From assembly GCA_016180965.1 (NCBI GenBank), contig JACPAF010000001.1, forward strand, positions 223,513-287,512: DNA of 64,000 nt, in the 5' to 3' direction. Under the pieces are notes generated by a model that made no database searches, was not told the origin of the DNA, and saw only the letters and a program-made list of their open reading frames with translations. The position numbers and the translations under genes are program-made. Origin of the DNA: Candidatus Aenigmatarchaeota archaeon. GTDB lineage: Archaea > Aenigmatarchaeota > Aenigmatarchaeia > JACPZZ01. How positions within the stretch are numbered: the stretch's first letter is position 1; each line of letters begins with the position of its first letter. This document shows, piece after piece, positions 1 through 9,132 of the stretch.

Positions 1-203
1 ACGTCATTTCAGAAGAAAAAAGAAGGAAATCGCATTCCAGCGTTGATGAGGTGGCGGAAATCGCAAAGAAGGCGGAAGTTAAAAAATTAATTCTGACGCA
101 TTTCTCAAGGCGTTACAGTTCGTTGAAAGATTTCGAGACGTCGGCAAAGAAAATATTTCCCGAAACTATAACTGCGAAGGATTTTATGAGGGTAAAGCTT
201 TAG
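1..203 (+). CDS. rnz: ribonuclease Z (tRNase Z), C-terminal fragment truncated by window start
   Basis: Frame 3 translation ...AEIAKKAEVKKLILTHFSRRYSSLKDFETSAKKIFPETITAKDFMRVKL* with stop TAG at 201-203. LTHFSRRY is the conserved C-terminal metallo-beta-lactamase/RNase Z motif. Confidence 0.55.
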   Translation, partial: VISEEKRRKSHSSVDEVAEIAKKAEVKKLILTHFSRRYSSLKDFETSAKKIFPETITAKDFMRVKL

Positions 204-253
204 AGGCTTTGCTCTCGTAAGCGTATTTAAGTTTTTGCCCTGTACATTATGGA

Positions 254-769
254 ATGCAACGAGTCGCGATGTTAGGAAGATTCCAGCCTGTACACACAGG
301 CCATGAAAATGCGATAAGGCGCGCTTACTCTTTGGGTGACGTGACCGTAGGGATTTATTCTGTATCTCAGTCTGTTTATAACCCATTCACGCCGGATGAA
401 GTAGATAAAATGTTGCATAACTCATTTCCTGATTTAAAAACTTTTGTGATCGAGCCGACGTGGAATCCATACCGTTTTGTAAACATGCTGGAAAAGGGAG
501 CTCAAACTACATCGATTTATACAAGGAGCAGGAGGGCCAAAGTCCTGATGGAGATGCTTGGTTTTTCTGTAATCTACGAGAAGAAGTCCGGACCCAATTC
601 ATCCTTGATAAGAAATTCGATTTATGACGGAAGCGACGGATGGAAAACGTGGGTTAATCCTTTAAATGTAGAGATTATCGAGTCTGCAGCCAGACGGCCT
701 TTAGCTGGGCCTAGAGTGTTTTCATTCGGGTTGATGGAGGATCTTTACAAACATGGAATAGGTTTTTGA
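254..769 (+). CDS. nadM: nicotinamide-nucleotide adenylyltransferase (archaeal NMNAT)
   Basis: 171 aa. N-terminal MLGRFQPVHTGHENAIRRA matches the GRFQPxHxGH cytidylyltransferase-fold signature of archaeal NMNAT, and the size fits. Confidence 0.7.
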   Translation: MQRVAMLGRFQPVHTGHENAIRRAYSLGDVTVGIYSVSQSVYNPFTPDEVDKMLHNSFPDLKTFVIEPTWNPYRFVNMLEKGAQTTSIYTRSRRAKVLMEMLGFSVIYEKKSGPNSSLIRNSIYDGSDGWKTWVNPLNVEIIESAARRPLAGPRVFSFGLMEDLYKHGIGF

Positions 770-770
770 T

Positions 771-1355
771 TCAGGAAATGTCCTTACCGTGAGCCGCCGG
801 ATTTATTTTTCTCCTTGCGTTTTTGAAATCTTTTTTTAATTCCTGTGATTGGAAAATATGATCCAAAAAGACTGCGATGCTGCTTACCTCGGAATGCGGC
901 TGCGTTGTAACGGAGATATTATAATCGGCTAATTGGTAAATTTCCGGCGGGACTTTTTCGCCTCCTGCGACTAACAGGATTTTTTTCTCTTTGCGCATTT
1001 CCTTCTCGGTGTCTTGTAATCGCAGCCCGTACATTGTTAGATGAGCGATTTTGTAACCTTCGGAAGAATATTTTTTAATAATGTCTCTCCAAGTCTGCGA
1101 AAAAGATATTTTAAAGTCGCCGCCCCATTCGGACGAAATTTTTTCTATGTTTTTTCTTAGTTTCTCGTCGGCGTCGCCCACGATAATTATTTCTTCCGCC
1201 CCGAACGCCCGTGAGGCGAGAGCGCAATGCGTCGTAATTCGTTGGTCGCGGAATATGCGATGGCCGATACGAAGCACGGAGATTTTCAATTGTTTACACC
1301 TTCTACTAGGTAAATTGACGTGTGCCATACAAAGCAGGCACACGTTAGTTATCAA
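771..1355 (-). CDS. tRNA (cytidine56-2'-O)-methyltransferase aTrm56 (SPOUT); true start probably the internal TTG near 1292
   Basis: Core VLRIGHRIFRDQRITTHCALASRAFGAEEIIIVGDAD matches the archaeal Trm56 consensus ([20 protein letters not shown]..RAFGA). The first ~20 codons lack similarity. A TTG preceded by GGTG would give MKISVLRIGHR. Confidence 0.65.
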   Translation of the reverse strand: MITNVCLLCMAHVNLPSRRCKQLKISVLRIGHRIFRDQRITTHCALASRAFGAEEIIIVGDADEKLRKNIEKISSEWGGDFKISFSQTWRDIIKKYSSEGYKIAHLTMYGLRLQDTEKEMRKEKKILLVAGGEKVPPEIYQLADYNISVTTQPHSEVSSIAVFLDHIFQSQELKKDFKNARRKINPAAHGKDIS

Positions 1356-1537
1356 TAGCCCCGGGCGGATTCGAAATCGGCAGTGCGAAATTATTACACT
1401 TCAGCACTTCCGCCGTTTACGGGTGGCTTCTGACTGAAACATATGCTATTTAGCATGCATATGTTTCGAGCTACACCCAAAGCCCGCCGTGCTTTGCCGT
1501 GATTACAAAATCACTTTGGCCGCTGCACTACGGGGCT

Positions 1538-2332
1538 ATGCCTTATACCATTTTTTCAGATAAGCATATAAGATTCGGCGCTCAAATAGGAGTAGGGTTT
1601 ATTCAGAATCAATATAAAAAAGAGTTTGTAAAATTTCTTCTAGACTCTGGCGCGTTACGCGTTGGGTCGTTCCGCCTGAAGAGTGGAAGAGAGTCGCCTT
1701 ATTTTATCAACACAGGCCTTTTTGACGACGGTTATATGATAACCAAGCTCGGCGAATTTTATGCTGCCGCGGCGATCGATGTTGTGGGAATCGATTTCGA
1801 CACAGTTTTTGGACCACCTTACAAAGGCATACCTCTCGCTGTTGCCACTTCGATGGCGCTGGCTGGAAGGAGAATAAACAGAGGTTGGTCATCTTACAGG
1901 AAAGAGGTTAAAGACCATGGAGAGGCCACAGAACATGAAAGGACTAAGTCGCAGCTCCAAAAGGAGTTGATTATCGGACATGAGATAACTGACGGTTCTA
2001 GGGTACTTTTGGTAGACGATGTCCTTACAACTGGAGGGACAAAGGAGGAGGCGCTGGATATTTTATACCGAGTGGCGGACAATGTCAAGGTCGTTGCGGG
2101 TTTGATAGCGGTTGACAGGCAAGAGCTTGATGAACAGGGAAAGGACGCGGTGGCAGAGTTCAAACAAAAGACGGGTGTTCAATTCTTTTCGATTGCCACC
2201 ACATCCGACATATTGGAATATTTGGGCGAATTCGGCGGAGTTACAGAGGAGCAAACGACCGCCTTTAGGAGCTACATATTTAGATGGGGAACTGAAGAAG
2301 CTAGGAGAAGATTGACAAGCCAGCTTTACTAA
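1538..2332 (+). CDS. pyrE: orotate phosphoribosyltransferase-like type I PRTase with insertion and C-terminal extension
   Basis: KEFVKFLLDSGALRVGSFRLKSGRESPYFIN (OPRT N-terminal hood) and VLLVDDVLTTGGTKEEAL (PRPP-binding loop). ATG at 1538 lies in frame inside the longer TTG ORF that starts at 1499. Confidence 0.6.
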   Translation: MPYTIFSDKHIRFGAQIGVGFIQNQYKKEFVKFLLDSGALRVGSFRLKSGRESPYFINTGLFDDGYMITKLGEFYAAAAIDVVGIDFDTVFGPPYKGIPLAVATSMALAGRRINRGWSSYRKEVKDHGEATEHERTKSQLQKELIIGHEITDGSRVLLVDDVLTTGGTKEEALDILYRVADNVKVVAGLIAVDRQELDEQGKDAVAEFKQKTGVQFFSIATTSDILEYLGEFGGVTEEQTTAFRSYIFRWGTEEARRRLTSQLY

Positions 2333-2700
2333 TTCTGTGACATTTGGTTAATGATTTAAGCTGTCCCGACCAATTTCAAAAAGGTGAAAGTCTTGGCAGA
2401 CCATAGCGGTGAATTGAAAACAGGTTACAATTTCTTCTTACTCGGACGTGCCAAGGCTTAACAGCGGTTCTACGAATGTCCATTTCCGCAAATTTTTGAG
2501 CCTGCGTTTGCTGATGAAGGTTTTATCGATCTGTCCTAATTTGGAGAGTATAACGATTTCAAAATACGCTTACGGAAGAGCCTCTTTCAATGCGTTGCAG
2601 GCTCCCGGAATACGATTTTTCATTTCGGGCAGAAAGGCCGGCAGGCCAATCGGCGAAGGTTTAATAAAGTGCGCAGCAAAAACAGTAATTGGATGATCAA

Positions 2701-4368
2701 ATGAGAATTTTACAATTGCACGCCGATTCGGTCGAATATGAGCCTGTAAAAAAGGAAATAAAAACCGCTGAAGAGGTAGAGTTGAAGAAATATTCTTTCA
2801 GCGATGTGATGGTTGTTTTGACCGCGGTCGAGAAAGGCGATTCGAAGGAGACTGCTGATTGGGCGATTGATGACGCGAAAAAATTCATGGAACGAATGAA
2901 GATAAGCAAACTTTTGATCTATCCGTATGCGCATATCAGCTCGAATTTAGCTTCGCCATTTGATGCTATGGATCTGATACTCGAAATGGAAAAACATGCC
3001 AAACAGCTGGACATTGATGTTAGCCACGCGCCGTTTGGGTGGAACAAGCGATTTGCGATCTCTGTTAAAGGCCACCCGATGGCGGAGATGTCCCGTTCAT
3101 ACACGGGAAAACCTGTTGCGAAAGAGGTTAAGGTTGAAGTTAAACCCGTGGCACAGGAGCAGCCGCTGGAAAAACTGCCGGATAATGACCACCGTGTTCT
3201 TGGACAAAAGTTAAATTTATTCAGCTTCCAGGCGGAAGCGCCGGGCATGACGTTCTACCATCCCGGAGGTATGACAGTGCGCAATGAACTAATAAAATTC
3301 TCGCGCGAGAAACAAGCTGCGGCAGGCTACATAGAAATAATGACGCCCATAATCATGAAACGCAGCGTTTGGGAGCAAAGCGGGCATTGGGACCATTACA
3401 AGAACAATATGTTTTTCACAGAGACCGAGGATGCCCAATACGCGATTAAGCCGATGAACTGTCCTGGTGCGATACTCTATTTTAAAAACTCGAAACGCAG
3501 CTATCGCGAGTTGCCGATGCGCGTTTCGGAGTTCGGGATGATACATCGGAATGAGTTAAGCGGAACCTTGGGCGGGCTGTTCCGCGTGCGCGAATTCACT
3601 CAGGACGATGCGCATTTGTTCGTGCGTCCGGACCAGTTAACCGAAGAGTTAACTAATGTCATCGGCCTGGTCGAGGAATTTTACACTCAATTCGGGTTTG
3701 ATTTTCGCGTCGAGCTTTCTACGAAACCTGAAAACTCGATAGGTTCCGACGACCTGTGGTCGAAGGCTGAAGCGGCTTTGGAGGCTGCGATAAAGGAACG
3801 AAAATTAAATTATAAAATAAATCCGGGCGACGGCGCTTTTTACGGGCCCAAAATCGATTTCCATATCAAGGATTCCTTGGGAAGGACGTGGCAATGCGGG
3901 ACCGTGCAGGTCGATTTCTTCATGCCTCAGCGTTTCTCGATTTCCTACGTCGATGCCGGCGGGAAAGAAACTGTTCCGATTATCATACACCGCGCGATAT
4001 ACGGAAGCGTAGAAAGATTTTTGGGAATTTTAACGGAACATTACAACGGCTCGTTCCCTTTGTGGTTGGCACCAATCCAGGTTAAGGTTTTGCCCATCAC
4101 CGACAGCAACGTCGAATATTCGAAAAAAGTCGTCGACGCGCTGCGTTCTGTCGGGGTTCGCACGGAAGGCGATTACGAAAACCATACGCTGGATTATAAA
4201 ATACGGAATGCTTCTATGCAAAAAATATTTTATACTATAATAATCGGCAACAAGGAGGAGGAAAAGAAAACCATCGCTTTGCGCGGCCGTGACGGCAAGA
4301 CGCAATACGATGTTAATCTGGAAGAGTTTGTAAAAGAAATCCAATTCGAAATTTCGCGCAGGTCGTAG
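2701..4368 (+). CDS. thrS: threonyl-tRNA synthetase (archaeal type with N-terminal editing domain)
   Basis: 555 aa. Class II aaRS motifs (FRVREFTQDDAHLF, GPKIDFHIKDSLGRTWQCGTVQVDFFMPQRF), C-terminal anticodon-binding domain, archaeal-type N-terminus MRILQLHADSVEYEP. ATG at 2701 is in frame with the TTG at 2689. Confidence 0.9.
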   Translation: MRILQLHADSVEYEPVKKEIKTAEEVELKKYSFSDVMVVLTAVEKGDSKETADWAIDDAKKFMERMKISKLLIYPYAHISSNLASPFDAMDLILEMEKHAKQLDIDVSHAPFGWNKRFAISVKGHPMAEMSRSYTGKPVAKEVKVEVKPVAQEQPLEKLPDNDHRVLGQKLNLFSFQAEAPGMTFYHPGGMTVRNELIKFSREKQAAAGYIEIMTPIIMKRSVWEQSGHWDHYKNNMFFTETEDAQYAIKPMNCPGAILYFKNSKRSYRELPMRVSEFGMIHRNELSGTLGGLFRVREFTQDDAHLFVRPDQLTEELTNVIGLVEEFYTQFGFDFRVELSTKPENSIGSDDLWSKAEAALEAAIKERKLNYKINPGDGAFYGPKIDFHIKDSLGRTWQCGTVQVDFFMPQRFSISYVDAGGKETVPIIIHRAIYGSVERFLGILTEHYNGSFPLWLAPIQVKVLPITDSNVEYSKKVVDALRSVGVRTEGDYENHTLDYKIRNASMQKIFYTIIIGNKEEEKKTIALRGRDGKTQYDVNLEEFVKEIQFEISRRS

Positions 4369-4388
4369 AATCATTTGCATCGTAAACT

Positions 4389-4409
4389 GACGCATACCAA
4401 GTATGCGTC
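4389..4409 (+). repeat. hairpin GACGCATAC-caa-GTATGCGTC followed by TAGCTAC, terminator-like, downstream of thrS; member of the dispersed hairpin family
   Basis: Perfect 9 bp inverted repeat 21 nt after the thrS stop. Followed by the CTAGCTAC motif shared with other copies. Confidence 0.5.
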
Positions 4410-4620
4410 TAGCTACTAAACACATGATTCAGTCGGCAAATGGATTTGCCTGATTCTGCAAAAAAATAACGTTTCAGGCGAAAAAAGTTTATATAACAGT
4501 TTCACCAATTACTATCAATTAGGGAGAATTTCTCCTTGTGTAAACGGCGCTTCGCCGCCGGTTCTTGGTTTGCACTTTGACGTGACGGGGCAACCTATCG
4601 CGTTTGAGCGGGCGCAAGTA

Positions 4621-4770
4621 ATAGAAAACCATGGGTTTTCTATTTGAGAAATCCTTGACGGATTTCTCAATATTGCACTTTTGGGCTGTCTAACAAGTTT
4701 AGAACAGCCTGTCTATGTGTGAGCTCACAGGAAACTTCGTTTCCTGTGCACGAAAACCTTGTGGTTTTCG
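4621..4770 (+). promoter_or_regulatory. cluster of five consecutive stem-loops in the ftsZ upstream/leader region
   Basis: GAAAACC-atg-GGTTTTC (4624-4640); TTGAGAAATCC-ttgac-GGATTTCTCAA (4644-4670); TGTGAGCTCACA (4718-4729); CACAGGAAAC-ttc-GTTTCCTGTG (4726-4748); CGAAAACC-ttgt-GGTTTTCG (4751-4770). Confidence 0.4.
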
Positions 4771-4814
4771 TTGTTTCAAAAAAGCTCAACCAAAAGAGAA
4801 TGGAGGGGAATTGT

Positions 4815-5931
4815 ATGTCAATATTGGAGTCGGTTTTGAGTCGTGGGGCAACAGGCCACGGAAATGCGGAATCCGGAGTTACTATGAAAAACTTCGATTA
4901 CGAAAAGATAACTGAGCAGGAATTTGGCTTTAGCATGAAACGCGCCAGGATCGTTGTCGTTGGATGCGGTGGAGGCGGAACAAACTCTATCAACCGATTG
5001 GCAGAAATGGGCGTTGAAGGCGCAACCACAGTTGCGTTGAACACAGATGCAAAGCATTTGGCGGTCATAAAATCTGACAAGAAGATTTTGATTGGAAAAG
5101 AACTAACGCGCGGTTTGGGAGCAGGCGGTTACCCAGAGATCGGAAAGAAAGCGGCAGAGGAAAGCCGCACACAATTGAAAGAGTCGCTCACCGGCGCAGA
5201 CTTAGTTTTCTTAACAGCAGGGATGGGCGGAGGGACAGGAACAGGTTCCGCGCCTGTGGTTTCAGAGATAGCGAAGGAGATGGGTGCGATCGTTATCGGA
5301 GTTGTAACGATGCCTTTCAAGATTGAAGGCGCACGTATCGTAAAAGCTGAGAACGGTCTCGGAAAATTACGCGAAGCTTGCGACACAGTCATTGTCATTG
5401 AAAACGACAAGCTGTTAGAATTTGCAGGCGACTTGCCAATACAACAGGCTTTCGCTGTTGCAGACGAATTGATTGCGGGAATGGTCAAAGGCATAACCGA
5501 GACAATAACATTGCCGTCGTTGGTCAATTTGGACTACGCTGACGTGAAGGCGATAATGCATTCCGGCGGCGTTGCGGCGATTGGACTTGGATTTTCAAAC
5601 AGCTCTGACCGTGCTCGCGATGCGGTTACAAAAGCATTGCCCGTTGTTAGAAGTTGATTACCAAGGCGCTTCAGGCGCGTTGATACACATAACAGGCGGG
5701 CCAGACCTCAAATTGTCCGAAGTTAACCAGATAGGCGCAATAGTTTCGTCGCATTTGGATCCTTCGGCACAGGTTATCTGGGGCGCGCGAGTACAACCGG
5801 ATTTCCATGGCAAGGTCCAGGTAATAACAATAATAACAGGTGTGAACAGCCCGTACATACTCGGCCAGGTGCACAGAGAGGCTTCCCCGGCCTTGGGAAT
5901 AAGCGAGCTTGGCATAGACAAGATTGCGTAA
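4815..5931 (+). CDS. ftsZ: cell division GTPase FtsZ with apparent +1 frameshift at the C3 run 5640-5642
   Basis: GGAGGGGAA Shine-Dalgarno before ATG 4815. Tubulin signature GGGTGTG and T7-loop region run in frame 0 up to 5657. The C-terminal PLLEVDYQGASGALIHITGG...VITIITG continues in frame +1 (track ORF 5572-5931). Removing one C restores ...AVTKALPLLEVDYQ.... Confidence 0.85.
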
Positions 5932-6023
5932 GCTTTTTAGAAAAAAGCTTAACCAAAAAAAGTGCGATGAGGCGAAAGCTGAGCACGTTACTTATTTTTT
6001 AATTTGTTAATACGATTAGTGTT

Positions 6024-6152
6024 ATGGAAATAAGATTTAAGCCTGTCCAAGAGTTTTTGTCCAACGGGCGGAACAGGGCTATTTTTATCTTCTGGCTGCT
6101 GATGTTTTTAGTCGGCGTTTTTCTGGCGCTTAAGGTGATGGGGAGGATTTAA
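6024..6152 (+). CDS. small hydrophobic protein (42 aa, one TM helix), not in the ORF track
   Basis: ATG 6024 ... TAA 6150-6152. MEIRFKPVQEFLSNGRNRAIFIFWLLMFLVGVFLALKVMGRI. Stop overlaps the ATG of the next gene (TAATG), and a GGAGG sits inside its 3' end. Confidence 0.3.
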   Translation: MEIRFKPVQEFLSNGRNRAIFIFWLLMFLVGVFLALKVMGRI

Positions 6153-6388
6153 TGTCGGACAAGATACCAAGGGAAGAGGTTGTTAAATGGTTGGAGAGAT
6201 TGGATAAGAAACTAAGTTCAATTGAACCAACGGGTGCAGCAGGAGAAAAGGCTTTACTCAATGCGGAAGCTTATCGCGACGATTCCAAACATTGGTTAAA
6301 GCAGGAAAATTTGTTTTTAGCGTTTGAGGCGTGCGTTTATTCGTGGGCTATCGTAGAGACCGCAGAGAACTTGGGCGCGTTAATTTGA
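6152..6388 (+). CDS. small conserved hypothetical protein (78 aa)
   Basis: Intact ORF translationally coupled to the upstream small ORF. No recognisable catalytic motif. Confidence 0.4.
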   Translation: MSDKIPREEVVKWLERLDKKLSSIEPTGAAGEKALLNAEAYRDDSKHWLKQENLFLAFEACVYSWAIVETAENLGALI

Positions 6389-6468
6389 TTCTGGCAGTAG
6401 TTTATAGGAACGCCACTTCAAAAAGGCTTAAATAGTTATATCTAATATATAATCTAACTAGTGATGTT

Positions 6469-6690
6469 ATGGGCGAGACTCAGTCGACGGTAAAGAAATG
6501 GGGATCTTCGCTAGGTGTTGTTATACCTATCGAGGTTGTGAAACAGAAAGGTTTGCGTGAAGGAGATACGGTGGTGCTGGAGATAAGCAAAAAGAACACG
6601 ATCCGAGAGATCTTCGGATCCTTGAAGCATAACAAGTTAGACTCCCAAAAAATCAAAGATAATCTTAGAAAGGAGTGGAGCAAATGGTAA
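6469..6690 (+). CDS. vapB: antitoxin VapB (AbrB/MazE/SpoVT swapped-hairpin domain)
   Basis: KKWGSSLGVVIPIEVVKQKGLREGDTVVLEI is a typical SpoVT/AbrB fold. Overlaps the downstream PIN gene. Confidence 0.65.
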   Translation: MGETQSTVKKWGSSLGVVIPIEVVKQKGLREGDTVVLEISKKNTIREIFGSLKHNKLDSQKIKDNLRKEWSKW

Positions 6691-7049
6691 GGTTTTTTCT
6701 GGATACGTTTGCCATGTTTGAAATAACTAATGGAAATCCAAGATATGAAAAATACCTTAATTATGATTTTTCTACGTCAATGCAAAACCTCTACGAACTT
6801 TACTATAATTTATTGAAAACCAACGGCGAGGATTTCGCAAGGAATTGTTTTAATCGTTTCAGGCATTTCGTTGTCCAGATAAATGATTTGCATATATTCA
6901 ATGCCTCCAAGTTTAGGCTTGACAATTCGAGGCTAAATTTATCTTATGTCGATGCATTAGGTTATGCCATCGCAAAGGAAGAAGAGATCAAATTCCTTAC
7001 GGGCGATAAAGCCTTCAGAAATATGGATAACGTGGAATTTGTGCGCTAG
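6684..7049 (+). CDS. vapC: PIN-domain toxin VapC
   Basis: MVRFFLDTFAM (first acidic residue), LSYVDALGYAIAKEEEIKFLTGDKAFRNM (third and fourth Asp). Start could also be ATG 6675. Overlaps the vapB stop. Confidence 0.65.
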   Translation: MVRFFLDTFAMFEITNGNPRYEKYLNYDFSTSMQNLYELYYNLLKTNGEDFARNCFNRFRHFVVQINDLHIFNASKFRLDNSRLNLSYVDALGYAIAKEEEIKFLTGDKAFRNMDNVEFVR

Positions 7050-7504
7050 TTCAGATTTTTTAGAACTATGGCCAACGAGAGCGAAGCCCCAAATATAAAA
7101 CCGAAGAACATGCCGGATGCCAGCCAGATGAAATTGTTTGTCGAAAGATAGACTAAAATAAATCCGAACAGGACCGCTGCTATGTACGTCGGAAGCTCGT
7201 GACCGATTTTTTTATTTAGCATTTTTAGTCTTTGTTTCTGCTTTGTTTTGACGCTGTAGAATTTGCGGTAGAAGTTCCAGTTCCTGGAGAATATATGATG
7301 CCAATAAGCGCCGAAGAAAAAACCTACGGATATGCCGAGAAGAAAACCGGAGTAGATGCGCTCACCGGCTTCCGGATATAACGAAATTGCTTTTATGAAG
7401 AACAATGCGGCTATTACGGCGGTTAAAGCGTTAGCTCCGGGAGTCATGGTCCAGATAAAATTTTCGTGGTGAAGGATTCTGTGGATTTTGCGTACCAGGT
7501 CCAT
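7046..7504 (-). CDS. hypothetical integral membrane protein
   Basis: 152 aa with four predicted TM helices. No recognisable motif. Confidence 0.4.
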   Translation of the reverse strand: MDLVRKIHRILHHENFIWTMTPGANALTAVIAALFFIKAISLYPEAGERIYSGFLLGISVGFFFGAYWHHIFSRNWNFYRKFYSVKTKQKQRLKMLNKKIGHELPTYIAAVLFGFILVYLSTNNFIWLASGMFFGFIFGASLSLAIVLKNLN

Positions 7505-7555
7505 AATAATAATGACCTAATACCCAATTTAAGGCTTATAGTTCAAGGGAGTTTT

Positions 7556-8308
7556 ATGTTAACAATTGCGGGGTTGGGCGTCTGGGACGAGAACGACATT
7601 TCGCTGAGGTGTTTGGATGCTATTCGGGAAACGAACATAGTTTACGTTGAGTTGTACACGAACCTTTGGAATGGCGATGTTAATAAACTGGAAAAGCTGG
7701 CCGGAAGAAAAATAACGACCCTTCCGAGAAAAGAAGTTGAGGAAGGTTTCGGGAAGATTTTAGACGAAGCCAGGAACGAGAGCGTTTGCCTATTGGTTCC
7801 CGGAGACCCGCTTGCAGCGACGACGCACATGGATTTGGTAATCCAGGCGAGGAAGATGAATGTCGCGACAAGGATAATCCACTCGTCATCAATTTTTACA
7901 GCCGCCGCGGAGAGCGGGTTGCAGTTATACAAGTTCGGCAAGACCGCAACTATCCCTTTATCGGAGAAAACAGGCGGCGTGCTTCCGCAATCTGTGTATG
8001 ACACCATTAAAGGAAACCTAGAGTTGGGTTTGCACACTTTGCTGCTTTTGGACATAGACGTTGAAAATGACAAGAATCTCGGAGTTATGGATGCGTTGCG
8101 CGTTTTGCAGAGGCTGGATAAAGCTAAAATATTGGCAGATAAAAAGTTGGTTGTTGTGTCCAAACTCGGGTCTGCGGAGCAGGTGATAAAATACGGGTTT
8201 GCGGAGGAACTGTTGAAAGCTGGTTTCGGGCTACCGGCAGTCTTGATAGTTCCCGGAAAATTGCATTTCGCCGAGCAAGAGTTTGTTGAGTTCTTTAGTT
8301 TTAAATAA
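7556..8308 (+). CDS. dph5: diphthine synthase (Dph5, tetrapyrrole-methylase family)
   Basis: MLTIAGLGVWDENDISLRCLDAIRETNIVYVELYTN, LLVPGDPLAATTHMDL. ATG 7556 is preceded by AGGGAG and lies in frame within the track ORF starting 7466. Confidence 0.8.
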   Translation: MLTIAGLGVWDENDISLRCLDAIRETNIVYVELYTNLWNGDVNKLEKLAGRKITTLPRKEVEEGFGKILDEARNESVCLLVPGDPLAATTHMDLVIQARKMNVATRIIHSSSIFTAAAESGLQLYKFGKTATIPLSEKTGGVLPQSVYDTIKGNLELGLHTLLLLDIDVENDKNLGVMDALRVLQRLDKAKILADKKLVVVSKLGSAEQVIKYGFAEELLKAGFGLPAVLIVPGKLHFAEQEFVEFFSFK

Positions 8309-8337
8309 CCATCCGGATAAAATATTCTAAGGTACCA

Positions 8338-9132
8338 ATGGTCCAACAGGATAAGCTCGGCGTCGCGGAGAATTCTATAACCAGAGGATTGACTTTTCTT
8401 AGGAAAGGGGTTTATGACGAGGTTAGTGGAAATTCCAGGAAAGCTGTTAGAAATCCAGCGGACGTTTTCGGAGCCGCAACAAACCAGTATGTAACTGCTT
8501 ATAAAGCGTTAAATGAAAGCAAACCGGATAAAGATGCGCTGCAGCCTGTAATAGACAGGTACGACAAGGCGATGGCGGATCTGGATCATCTGAAAACAGA
8601 ATTAATTGATTATGCCAAAGAGGCTGCAAACAAAATTGGCCAAAGATCCATACTTTATGTTTCGGGCGTGGAAAAGCTGGTTGTCCAAGAGGAACGTGGC
8701 AGAAAAATTTTAGGCGTCCCTTATGCGCGCAGGCCCAAGGCTGCAAAGGTAAAGGACGCGATAGATAATGCCAGAGGCCAGATAGGCAACATCGTGATAA
8801 CCACAGAGGTCAAAGAAAACGGCCATGAAGTCGGCAGCGGAAAATCTTATATTTTACACTTGCGCGGAGATCTGGCATCGATCAGAAACAATCTCAAACG
8901 GGCTGCGCTGCTCGGCGATCCCGAGGAGAAATACATTACAGGAGTCGAGGGTGATGTGGCACAGGATATGAAATCCATTGACGATTTGGACAAATACCAC
9001 AGGAACCTTTTGTCGGAGAGGTTTAAAGCTGAACAAAAGAAAGCCGAGGATAAAAGGCTGGCGAAACTTGAAAAAGAAAGGCAGCGCGACCTTCGCAAAA
9101 ACCTTAAAGAACTAAGAAAGAGGAAATGGTAA
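8338..9132 (+). CDS. paralog family protein 1 (unknown function; basic C-terminal tail)
   Basis: 264 aa. Shares the core YVSGVEKLVVQEERGRKILGVPYARRPKAA with the next gene. Lys/Arg-rich C-terminus. Confidence 0.6.
   Translation: MVQQDKLGVAENSITRGLTFLRKGVYDEVSGNSRKAVRNPADVFGAATNQYVTAYKALNESKPDKDALQPVIDRYDKAMADLDHLKTELIDYAKEAANKIGQRSILYVSGVEKLVVQEERGRKILGVPYARRPKAAKVKDAIDNARGQIGNIVITTEVKENGHEVGSGKSYILHLRGDLASIRNNLKRAALLGDPEEKYITGVEGDVAQDMKSIDDLDKYHRNLLSERFKAEQKKAEDKRLAKLEKERQRDLRKNLKELRKRKW

Noticed and set aside
105-386. Minus-strand 93 aa track ORF overlapping the rnz 3' end and nadM 5' end
   Set aside because: It is antisense to two well-supported genes and has no motif, so it is most likely a spurious ORF.
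1356-1400. TTCGAAAT-containing segment examined as a possible tRNA T-arm near the aTrm56 5' end
   Set aside because: No complementary T-stem or acceptor stem could be built on either strand.
1081-1437. Plus-strand 118 aa ORF inside the aTrm56 gene
   Set aside because: It lies antisense within a conserved SPOUT methyltransferase coding region.
2507-2516. A possible C/D-box sRNA in the thrS upstream gap
   Set aside because: A UGAUGA C-box-like hexamer is present, but no matching D/D' (CUGA) boxes lie at the appropriate spacing.
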